The translations under genes were made by a program, and so were the position numbers. Below, one piece after another: positions 28,603 through 36,441 of a stretch of DNA of 64,000 nt (its first letter is position 1; every line of letters begins with the position of its first letter). Below the pieces are notes generated by a model. That model saw only the letters and a program-made list of their open reading frames with translations, was not told where the DNA came from and did not search any database. This DNA is from an uncultured Acidobacteriota bacterium (lineage in GTDB: Bacteria > Acidobacteriota > Thermoanaerobaculia > UBA5066 > Gp7-AA6): assembly GCA_963764715.1 (NCBI GenBank), contig CAVXTP010000012.1, positions 32,001-96,000 on the forward strand. Reading direction: 5' to 3'.

Positions 28603-28913
28603 GGAGCCCCCTCGGAGGCGTACTTCGAGGCATAGGCCGCGTCGATCGCGTCCCACAGGCGCTCGCCGCGGGCCAACCGGGCGCGGATGGGGATGTCACG
28701 CTTCAGGGCGGCGATCCGGATCGCGCCGCGGGGCTCGTCGAGAAACGCCCGCCGCCAGCCTCTGGGATCGTCGTTCCACGGACGCACGAAGACGCGACCC
28801 TTCGCGACGACGACCCAGATGCCGAGGAAGCGATGGTCGGAACCCGCACGGATGCGGAGCGCCGGGGAGGCGTCGATGAGCGAGAGGAGGCGTTTGGTGA
28901 AGCGCGCTCTCAT
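28581..28913 (-). pseudogene. 3'-truncated copy of DUF2255-like gene
   Basis: Near-identical to 31715-32092 up to ...AAYASKYA, then reads into the GGGGTCAG unit. Confidence 0.75.
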
Positions 28914-28975
28914 GCGAGGTCCCGGTTACCTCGTTCCGAAGGTCGGCGCCGACCGCCGTAGCCCTCGCGATCGCG

Positions 28976-31678
28976 TCACTTCCCCGCGACCAGCCTATCG
29001 AACCGCGGGTTCCCGCGCAGCGGGTCGAAGTTGGGGTCGATCTTCAGCCAGCCGGGGGTCAGGAAGTAAGGCATCTTCAGGAGCGGTTCGAGCTGGTCGA
29101 GGGCCTTCTCCGGCTCGCCGGTCAGGATGTAGATCTTCGCCAGCATGAGCTGGAAGTAAGGTCCGTTGAACGCGTCCTTCGAAATCGGGTCGAGCGCGAC
29201 CGCTCGCTCGCCCTCGCGGATCGCCTCTTCCTTGCGGCCGAGATACGCAAGCGAGACGCCGAGATACGCGTGAAGACTCGGATCATCCGGCGCGACCTTG
29301 AGCTGCTCCTCGACGGCCTTCGCCGCCGCGGCCGCGTGCTTGCGCGTATTGGTCGCGTCCTTCTTCAAGGCGTAGGCCTGCGCGAGGGCGAGTCCCCACG
29401 CGCTCAGGTCGTCGTCGAAGGCGTTCGACGTCAGGCGAAGCAGCAGCTGCTGTTGCGCGTCGTCGAGGACCCAACCCAGATCCTGATAGGTCGCCAGGAA
29501 GGCCACCAGACTCGGTTCATCCACGTGCGCAAGCGACGCCTTCAGCGACGCGCGAGCGGCGGGCAGGTCCCCCTCGGCAAGGAATGTCATCGCCCGAAAC
29601 TCGATGTCGTTGAGAGACGACGGAATGATCGCGAGAACGCCGTTGAACGCCTCGCGCGCCTCGGCGTAATGTCGCGATCGCGCGAGCGAGTTCCCGAGCG
29701 CGCTCAGGTTCCCCGGGTTGCGCGGATCGAGCCGCGCGGCCTGGCGAAAGCTCTCGGCCGCTCGGTCCCAGTGGCCCAGCCCCTGCTCGGTATACCCGAT
29801 TCCACGGAGAAGCATGGCGTTCGCCGGCTCGATCGCCTGCGCCTTGCGGTATTGCTCCAGGGTACCCGGGTAATCCAGGAGGACCAGTCGCCGGAACGCT
29901 CCGAGTGCGAGGTAGCCGTCTGCGCGATTCGGCGCCATCGCGATCACCTTCTCCGCGGTCTCCTGCGCGCGCCGCGAGAGCACCGGGGAAGGGAGACCAT
30001 TTCTGTAGAGCAACGAATTGGCGATCGAGACCTGGCGCCACGCGTCGATGAACGAAGGATCGAGTGCGACGGCCTGCTCGTAGAACCCCAGCGCCCTGCG
30101 AACCGTGGGCGGGTCGCTCACGGAAAGGACACCCGATGCCTCCTCCCCCCGCAGGAACGCCTCGTACGCGGCGAGATTCTGCGTCGGCTTGTCCGCGAGG
30201 CTTTTCGCCTCGGTCGTCCCGAGCGCGACGCCCAGCTCGCTGGCGACCCGGGTCGCGATGTCGGACTGCACCCGGAAGACGTCGGTCATTGCCGCATCGA
30301 AGGGCTGCTGCCAACGGGAAGCGGGAGGGCCGTCGGCCGTGATCTCGACCAGCTCCGGGCTGACCTGGACGCGATTGCCCGCGCCGCCCTTCTGTTTCTG
30401 CCAGCGGACCGTCGCGGTCAGCAGGTAGTTGGCGGAGAGCTCCTTCGCGATCTCCTGCGGCGTCTTGGTCGTCTTCTTGTAGGGCGTCGAGCTGCCGCGC
30501 GCGATGACTTCGAGGCCCGGAAGGGATGTGAGCTTGCCGCGAATCGCGTCGGCGATGCCGTCGGCGAAGTAGTCATCCTCGGGCGCGCCGAGGTTCTCGA
30601 ACGGGAGGACGGCGACGCGGCGGACGCCGGGCTTGAGGCCGGCGGCGGCGCTGGCGGGCGGTACGGCGGGCGCGGGCGCGACGGGCGCGGCCGCGGGGCG
30701 GCGCCAGACGAGAAGCGCCGCGACCGCGAAAAGGACGACGAAGGTGCCGATGGCCCAGATCGCCTTGCCGGGGCGGCGGCGGGGCGCTTCGTGAATGACG
30801 TAGGCCCCGCTCGAGATGCCGGTCGTGGGAGACGACGCCTCCGACAGGGCGAACGCCACGTCCTTGGCGGTCTGGAACCGGTTCTCGCGGTCCTTCTCGA
30901 GGCAGTGCTTCACGATGTGGTCGAGCGCGGGCGAGACGTTCCGTCCCGACTGCGTCAGCTCCGGCGGCTCCTCCTTCAGGACGGCGGCGATCGTGTCGCT
31001 CGCCGTGTCGCGCTTGAACGCCTTCTTGCCGGATAGGAGCTCATACAGGATTGCGCCGAAGGAGAAGAGGTCCGTCCGGTGGTCGACCGGCAGGCCGCGG
31101 AGCTGCTCGGGCGACATGTAGCCCATCGTGCCCATCACCGTTCCCGGCTCGGTGTGGCCGGATCCGGTGGGCGCGCTCGTCTGCTCGGCCGGCGCGGCGT
31201 CCACGCGCTTCGCCAGGCCGAAGTCGAGGATCTTGACGTGGCCGTCGTTGGTCACGAAGACGTTGTCGGGCTTCAGGTCCCGGTGGACGACGCCCTTGCC
31301 GTGCGCGGCGGAAAGACCCTTCGCGACCTGGAGCGCCCAGTCGACCGCCTGCTTCTGGGTCACGGTCGAGCCGTCGAGCTTGCCGCGGAGCGTCTCTCCC
31401 TCGAGCAGCTCGGTGACCGCGTACGAGACGCCGTCGTGCGTCCCGAAATCGAAGATCGCGAGGATGTTCGGATGCGAGAGCGCGGCGACGGCCTTGGCCT
31501 CGCGCTCGAAGCGCGCCAGCGCGTCGGCATTGGCGGTCAGCTGCGACGGGAGGACCTTGACGGCGACGTCCCGGTCGAGCTTCGCGTCCCGCGCGCGGTA
31601 GACCTCGCCCATCCCTCCGGCGCCCAGAGGCGCGAGGATCTCGTACGGGCCCAGCCGGGCTCCGGCGGACAAAGTCAT
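28976..31678 (-). CDS. Hanks-type Ser/Thr protein kinase with TM, TolB-N-like and TPR domains
   Basis: GAGGMGEVY, VAVK, HRDLKPDN, DFG, GTMGYMSPEQ; VAVLPFENLG; TPRs. Confidence 0.93.
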   Translation of the reverse strand: MTLSAGARLGPYEILAPLGAGGMGEVYRARDAKLDRDVAVKVLPSQLTANADALARFEREAKAVAALSHPNILAIFDFGTHDGVSYAVTELLEGETLRGKLDGSTVTQKQAVDWALQVAKGLSAAHGKGVVHRDLKPDNVFVTNDGHVKILDFGLAKRVDAAPAEQTSAPTGSGHTEPGTVMGTMGYMSPEQLRGLPVDHRTDLFSFGAILYELLSGKKAFKRDTASDTIAAVLKEEPPELTQSGRNVSPALDHIVKHCLEKDRENRFQTAKDVAFALSEASSPTTGISSGAYVIHEAPRRRPGKAIWAIGTFVVLFAVAALLVWRRPAAAPVAPAPAVPPASAAAGLKPGVRRVAVLPFENLGAPEDDYFADGIADAIRGKLTSLPGLEVIARGSSTPYKKTTKTPQEIAKELSANYLLTATVRWQKQKGGAGNRVQVSPELVEITADGPPASRWQQPFDAAMTDVFRVQSDIATRVASELGVALGTTEAKSLADKPTQNLAAYEAFLRGEEASGVLSVSDPPTVRRALGFYEQAVALDPSFIDAWRQVSIANSLLYRNGLPSPVLSRRAQETAEKVIAMAPNRADGYLALGAFRRLVLLDYPGTLEQYRKAQAIEPANAMLLRGIGYTEQGLGHWDRAAESFRQAARLDPRNPGNLSALGNSLARSRHYAEAREAFNGVLAIIPSSLNDIEFRAMTFLAEGDLPAARASLKASLAHVDEPSLVAFLATYQDLGWVLDDAQQQLLLRLTSNAFDDDLSAWGLALAQAYALKKDATNTRKHAAAAAKAVEEQLKVAPDDPSLHAYLGVSLAYLGRKEEAIREGERAVALDPISKDAFNGPYFQLMLAKIYILTGEPEKALDQLEPLLKMPYFLTPGWLKIDPNFDPLRGNPRFDRLVAGK

Positions 31679-31714
31679 GGAAGCTGCTCGATTTTATGCG
31701 CGAAACGGCCCGGG

Positions 31715-32092
31715 TCAGCCGGGCAGGAGCTCCATCGTGGTTTTCCGACGCTTCGGGTCGACCAGGCCGCGGACCCACTTCTGCGAACCCTTCGTGGCGT
31801 ACTTCGCGGCATAGGCGGCGTCGATCGCGTCCCACAGGAGCTCGCCGCGGGCGGGGCGCGCGCGGACAGGGATGTCGCGCTTCAGGGCGGCGATCCGGAT
31901 CGCGCCGCGGGGCTCTTCGAGAAACGCGCGCCGCCAGCCTCGGGGATCGTCGTTCCACGGGCGCACGAAGACGCGCCCCTTCGCGACGACGACCCAGATG
32001 CCGAGGAAGCGATGGTCGGCGCCGGCGCGGATGCGGAGCGCCGGGGAGGCGTCGAGGAGCGAAAGGAGGCGTTTGGTGAAGCGCGCGCTCAT
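31715..32092 (-). CDS. DUF2255-like protein
   Basis: IWVVVAKGRVFVR.WN....W.RAF...IDAAYAAKY. Confidence 0.75.
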   Translation of the reverse strand: MSARFTKRLLSLLDASPALRIRAGADHRFLGIWVVVAKGRVFVRPWNDDPRGWRRAFLEEPRGAIRIAALKRDIPVRARPARGELLWDAIDAAYAAKYATKGSQKWVRGLVDPKRRKTTMELLPG

Positions 32093-32181
32093 GCGAGGTT
32101 GCGGCTACTTTAGCGCCGTCATCGTTTCCGTGAGGCCCGAGTCGCGAGCCAGGCGCCAGCAGCATGATTTGGGCGGGAAGA

Positions 32182-32335
32182 GGGCGGGGGTAAACCCCGC
32201 CCCTACGACCCGGGGGCGATGCCGACGGATCCTTGATTTTCGCGCCTTGGTCGTAGGGGCGGCGATGTCGCCGTCCTTCGGACGGCGCCTCCTACTGCCG
32301 GGGGTTTGCCTTCGGTGGCCGGACCGTGGCCGCCC
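32182..32335. repeat. REP doublet; right REP carries the nested element
   Basis: gggcgggggtaaaccccgcccCTAC...GTAGgggcggc[insert]cgtggccgccc. Confidence 0.85.
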
Positions 32336-32355
32336 TCATCCGCGATCGGCCCGAT

Positions 32356-33546
32356 CTACACCGGGCAGGCCGGCGAGACGAACGGCGGCACATCGTAGTC
32401 GGGCGCGGGGTCGGGGTGCCGGACCTTGAAGTCGAGCACCTCCGCCAGGTTGTTCGCGCCGGCGTCGCGGGTGGAGAGGGGCTCGAGGTTGAAGCGCCAC
32501 TCGATCATCTTCAGGATCGAGGTGTGGTCGTAGACGCCGTTGGCGACGTGGCCGCGGTGCGCGAGCGGCGAGACGACGAGGCACGGCACGCGGAACCCGC
32601 GGAGCTCGAAGAACGCGTTGACGTCCGTGGCGAAGGGCGGAGGGACGTGGTCGAAGAAGCCTCCCCACTCGTCGAAGTTGATGACGAGGACGGTGCGCGC
32701 CCAGTTCGGGCTCGTCGTGACGGCGCGGTAGGTCTGGTAGAGCCAGGACTCCCCCGCCCGAACGTCGCCGTGCGGGTGGTCGTCCGAGGAGGTCCCGGCT
32801 TCGGCGCCGGCGAAGGGCGGATCGACGAATGAGACCTCGGGCAGATTCCCGGAAGCGCAGTCGTCGACGAAGTCGGAGTAGGAACGCATGATGCCCGCGT
32901 ACTTCGGGCCCCACAGGGCGATGAACGGAATGTCCGAGAAGTAGTAGCGCCCGTCGAGGCCGCGGGCGGCGAGCCGGTCCCAGATCGTCGGCAGCGTGCA
33001 GAGGTCGGTCGACTCGTCGGTGCGATCGGTGACTCCCGCGTGCTGGTAGAGGCGGTTGGGAATGCTGGGCGCCATGATCGACGAGAAGTACCGGTCGCAG
33101 ACGGTCCAGTCGGGCGCCGCGTTTCCGAGAAACGGAAGGTCCTCCTGGCGGTAGTAGCCGATCGCGTATTCGTCGTTCGAGCCCGCGCGGAGCCACCCGT
33201 CACAGGCGCGCTCGTTGTACTCGATGCGCCCGCCCCGGAAGGAATGATCGGGGCCGGGGTGACCGCAGCCCTGGAAGTCGGGGGCGAGAGGATGGGTCTC
33301 GAAGGCCGCTCCGTTGTTGTCGGTGTAGACGAGGCCGGCCTGCCGGCCTTCCGCGCCGGGCAGCCAGCCGAGGAGGTGATCGAACGACCGGTTCTCCATC
33401 ATCGCGACGACGATGTGATCGATGCCGCTCTTGCCGGGCTTGGGCAACCTGTGCCTCGGGGCGGCAAAGGCGATCGTGCGGCCGGTCGAGAAGGAGGCCA
33501 GGGCGGCGGTCGAACCGTAGATGAACTGGCGTCGGGTATGGGGCAC
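32356..33546 (-). CDS. Phosphoesterase / phospholipase C family protein, Tat-type signal
   Basis: TRRQF motif; HIVVAMMENRSFDH, PSIPNR, DEWGGFFDHV, GFRVP; GGAGG before GTG. Confidence 0.9.
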   Translation of the reverse strand: MPHTRRQFIYGSTAALASFSTGRTIAFAAPRHRLPKPGKSGIDHIVVAMMENRSFDHLLGWLPGAEGRQAGLVYTDNNGAAFETHPLAPDFQGCGHPGPDHSFRGGRIEYNERACDGWLRAGSNDEYAIGYYRQEDLPFLGNAAPDWTVCDRYFSSIMAPSIPNRLYQHAGVTDRTDESTDLCTLPTIWDRLAARGLDGRYYFSDIPFIALWGPKYAGIMRSYSDFVDDCASGNLPEVSFVDPPFAGAEAGTSSDDHPHGDVRAGESWLYQTYRAVTTSPNWARTVLVINFDEWGGFFDHVPPPFATDVNAFFELRGFRVPCLVVSPLAHRGHVANGVYDHTSILKMIEWRFNLEPLSTRDAGANNLAEVLDFKVRHPDPAPDYDVPPFVSPACPV

Positions 33547-33710
33547 GAGAAACCTCCGTCCGGCCCGTCGTCGGCCGTCCTCAGCGTTGACGCCTCGCGC
33601 CGGTTGCGAGGTTGAGTACGGGTCGGTGCAAGGGGCGTGCCCTCGGGGAGGGGCCTTCCGAGCGTCGGCGGGAATGAAATATGTGGAGATTCTCGGGCAA
33701 TGCCCGTCAG

Positions 33711-33759
33711 GTGGGATATCCCACTTGACAAGAATCCCACCCGCGACTATGCTGGATCG
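33711..33759 (+). promoter_or_regulatory. Consensus sigma70 leaderless promoter with palindromic operator
   Basis: TTGACA-17-TATGCT-6nt-ATG; perfect palindrome GTGGGATATCCCAC at 33711-33724 and a further ATCCCAC half-site in the spacer. Confidence 0.8.
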
Positions 33760-34035
33760 ATGAGTGAATCGGGCAAGGCGAAAGGCGCCTACCGGCTCCG
33801 GCCTGACTCGAAAGGTCGAATCACCCTGGGAAAGCTCGCCGACGGAGTCAGCAGCTACCGCGCGCGCAAACAGGCCGACGGAAAAATAGTCCTGGAGCCT
33901 TTTGTCGAGATCCCGGCCGAGGAGCGGTGGCTCTGGGAGAACAAGGAAGCGCTGAAGAGCGTGATGAAGGGCATCCAAGACGCGAAGGCGGGGCGCCTGA
34001 TCTCTCGGGGATCGTTCAAGAAGTACCTCAAGTAG
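33760..34035 (+). CDS. AbrB/MazE-like antitoxin-type DNA-binding protein
   Basis: DSKGRITLG...GKIVLEP...E.WLWEN...S..KGIQDAKAGRL. Confidence 0.75.
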   Translation: MSESGKAKGAYRLRPDSKGRITLGKLADGVSSYRARKQADGKIVLEPFVEIPAEERWLWENKEALKSVMKGIQDAKAGRLISRGSFKKYLK

Positions 34036-34091
34036 CGGCGAGTGCCCTACTCGGCGCCCCCTCCGCCACCCCTCTTCGTCTAGGAGCCAGA

Positions 34092-34328
34092 CTGCCCAGG
34101 ATCGCGAGCATCGGCCCGTACCGGTTCTTCTTCTTCAGCAACGAAGGAGACGAGCCGCCGCACATCCATGTGCAGCATGACCGGAAAATGGCCAAGTTCT
34201 GGCTCGAACCCGTGGCCCTGGCGTCCTCCGGCAGGTTTTCCGCTCCCGAACTGCAAGCCGTTGAGCGTATCGTAGAGGCGAACCGGCAGAGATTCCTGGA
34301 GGCTTGGAATGGGTTCTTCGGTCGTTGA
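34092..34328 (+). CDS. DUF4160 family protein (CTG start inferred)
   Basis: GPYRFFFFSNEGDEPPHIHV...AKFWLEP...EAWNGFF; AGGAG 5 nt before CTG. Confidence 0.82.
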   Translation: MPRIASIGPYRFFFFSNEGDEPPHIHVQHDRKMAKFWLEPVALASSGRFSAPELQAVERIVEANRQRFLEAWNGFFGR

Positions 34329-34566
34329 AGCAAAGCCGCGCGCACAGAAGGTGGACGTCACGGAAGACGATCTGACCGTGACGCTGGCGGATGGGCGGCG
34401 GGTCAGTGTTCCCCTGGCCTGGTTTCCGCGGCTGCTTCACGCCTCTCCCGCGCAACGGAGCAACTGGCAACTGTTGGGAGACGGAGAGGGAATTCACTGG
34501 CCGGACGTCGATGAGGATCTCAGCGTGGCCGGGATTCTGCGCGGGGTTCCGGCTCCAGGCAGGTAG
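34309..34566 (+). CDS. DUF2442 family protein
   Basis: LADGR.VSVPLAWFPRL...GIHWPDVDEDLSV. Confidence 0.88.
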   Translation: MGSSVVEAKPRAQKVDVTEDDLTVTLADGRRVSVPLAWFPRLLHASPAQRSNWQLLGDGEGIHWPDVDEDLSVAGILRGVPAPGR

Positions 34567-34598
34567 CGGCGCCTCGCCCACAGGGGGAGGCCGAAGGC

Positions 34599-34623
34599 GG
34601 GCGGGGGTGAACCCCGCCCCTAC
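34599..34623 (-). repeat. REP hairpin
   Basis: gggcgggggtgaaccccgcccCTAC. Confidence 0.8.
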
Positions 34624-34663
34624 GACCGGGGCGCGTGGGGTCGTCCGCCCGCGCTGGTCTGCC

Positions 34664-35380
34664 CTAGAAGCTCGACCCGTCCGGCCAGTGCAGCCCCAGC
34701 GCCTTCGCAAGGAACACCGCCATCTGCCGGCGCGTCAACGGCGCGTCCGGACAGTAGTTGCCGCCGCCGCATCCGGCCGTTATGCCCGAGGCCACGATTG
34801 CCTCGATGAACTGGAACGCCGGGTCCGACGTCGGGACGTCGTTGAACGTGGCCGTCGCGGGCGCCGGGCTGACCTGCAGCTGGTAGTAGATGCGCACGGC
34901 ACCGAAGGTCTCGGTCCCGTCGAAGGGGACGTTGCCCACGCCGACCTGGTACCGGTTGACCCGGTTGTCGACCGTCTCCGAAACCGGAAGGACGTCGGTG
35001 AAGACCTGGCAGCCGGCGGTCTCGACGAGGCCCGTGTCCACCACGCTGATCTGAACGGTGTTTCCCGATCCGACGCGAAACAGCTTCGCCAGGAGCTTTC
35101 CGTTGTCCGCCTGGTCGCACGCCTCGAGCTCCATCGCGAGGATCAGCGCGCCCTGCGGGAGGTGGACCCCCGCGAAGAACTCTCCGTCCGAGGTCGAGTA
35201 CCTCTGCATGTCCACGGTGCGCGCGGTCCCGACGGTCGACTCCGAGGGCTGCATGTCGAACGCCGTGACCACCAGGGTCGACACGGAATCGACGCCGAAC
35301 CTCGGGGCCGCCTGCGCCGCCAGATTGGCCGCGGCGACGAGAGCCAGGGCCGCCGAGATGAAGGTCTTGTTCATGGTCAT
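34664..35380 (-). CDS. Small secreted SLH domain protein (paralogue of 4503)
   Basis: HLPQGA...LEACD domain plus C-terminal SLH. Confidence 0.85.
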   Translation of the reverse strand: MTMNKTFISAALALVAAANLAAQAAPRFGVDSVSTLVVTAFDMQPSESTVGTARTVDMQRYSTSDGEFFAGVHLPQGALILAMELEACDQADNGKLLAKLFRVGSGNTVQISVVDTGLVETAGCQVFTDVLPVSETVDNRVNRYQVGVGNVPFDGTETFGAVRIYYQLQVSPAPATATFNDVPTSDPAFQFIEAIVASGITAGCGGGNYCPDAPLTRRQMAVFLAKALGLHWPDGSSF

Positions 35381-35542
35381 GACGTCCTTTCTGGTTCGCA
35401 TCGAAGTCTCTCCCGGAAACGACCGCCGGCGATCAGATTAAGCAGCACGCGGGTTGCGACGCCGGAAGCGGGCGGGGACCAGCCCCGCCCCTGCGGCCGG
35501 GGCCTGACCGTAGACGATGAAGCGAGGACGGCCGGGACTCCC

Positions 35543-36274
35543 CTAGTTGACCAACCCGTCCGACCAGTAGAGACCGAGGGCCTTGGAGAGGAAGACGGCC
35601 ATCTGCCGGCGCGTCAGGGGCGCGTCGGGACAGTAGTTGCCGTTGCCGCAGCCCGCGGTGATCCCCGAGAAGACCAGCGCCTGGATGAACTGGAACGCCG
35701 GGTCCGTGAGCGGAACGTCGTTGAAGGTGGGCGACGACGGCGCGGGGCTGACCTGGAGGCGGTACTGGACGTGGACGACGCCGAAGGTCGTCTGTCCGTC
35801 GGCGGTGTTGTTTCCGCCGACGACGATGTACCGATACGAGGCCTGGTCGACGGTCTCCGGAACGGGAAGGCTCGAGATGACGAAAGTGCAGCCCGGCGTC
35901 TCCGTGGTTCCGGTGCTCGCGGTGGCGAGCAGCGTGGCCCCCGCGTAGTCCATCCGGAAGAGGGAGAACGACACCTCGCCTTCGACCGAGTCGTCGCAGG
36001 CTTCGAGGCCGATCTCGTCGATGAGGGCGCCCTGCGGCAGATGGGCGGCGCCCATGAAGCCCCCCGACGGGCCCGTGCGATATCGATATCCGTTGCCCGT
36101 GTTGTCCCAGGTCACCGACGAGTTGATCGGCTGCATGTCCCAGGCCGTCACCGAGTAATGCGAGTCCCCCTGAGTGCCCCACGATGGGGTCGCCGGGCCC
36201 GCCGCGAAGAGAGACGAGGCGACAAGCGCGGAACCGATGACGAACCCGCCGATGGCGCCAGGCCGCTTTCTCAT
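35543..36274 (-). CDS. Small secreted SLH domain protein (paralogue of 4503)
   Basis: HLPQGA...LEACD domain plus C-terminal SLH. Confidence 0.85.
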   Translation of the reverse strand: MRKRPGAIGGFVIGSALVASSLFAAGPATPSWGTQGDSHYSVTAWDMQPINSSVTWDNTGNGYRYRTGPSGGFMGAAHLPQGALIDEIGLEACDDSVEGEVSFSLFRMDYAGATLLATASTGTTETPGCTFVISSLPVPETVDQASYRYIVVGGNNTADGQTTFGVVHVQYRLQVSPAPSSPTFNDVPLTDPAFQFIQALVFSGITAGCGNGNYCPDAPLTRRQMAVFLSKALGLYWSDGLVN

Positions 36275-36344
36275 TGGACGTCCTTTCGTTGGTGCTAGGC
36301 GATGCCCTTTCCCATCACGCGCAAACCCGCGCCGGGAGGGATCA

Positions 36345-36441
36345 GGGCGGGGACGAGCCCCGCCCCTACGACCGGGGTGCGACGTCATGCCCATCCACAA
36401 CATCCGCGATCTCGTCGTAGGGGCGGCCCTCGCGGCCGCCC
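36345..36441. repeat. REP doublet
   Basis: gggcggggacgagccccgcccCTAC...catccgcgatctcgtcGTAGgggcggccctcgcggccgccc. Confidence 0.85.

Noticed and set aside
32264-32324. Riboswitch or UUCG-tetraloop ncRNA
   Set aside because: The loop varies ttc/tgc, which conserves GNA on the other strand rather than UUCG, and the contexts are unrelated, including one intragenic copy
9400-34600. Integron cassette array (many TA modules)
   Set aside because: No intI, no convincing attC (RYYYAAC...GTTRRRY) sites seen by eye, and gene orientations are mixed
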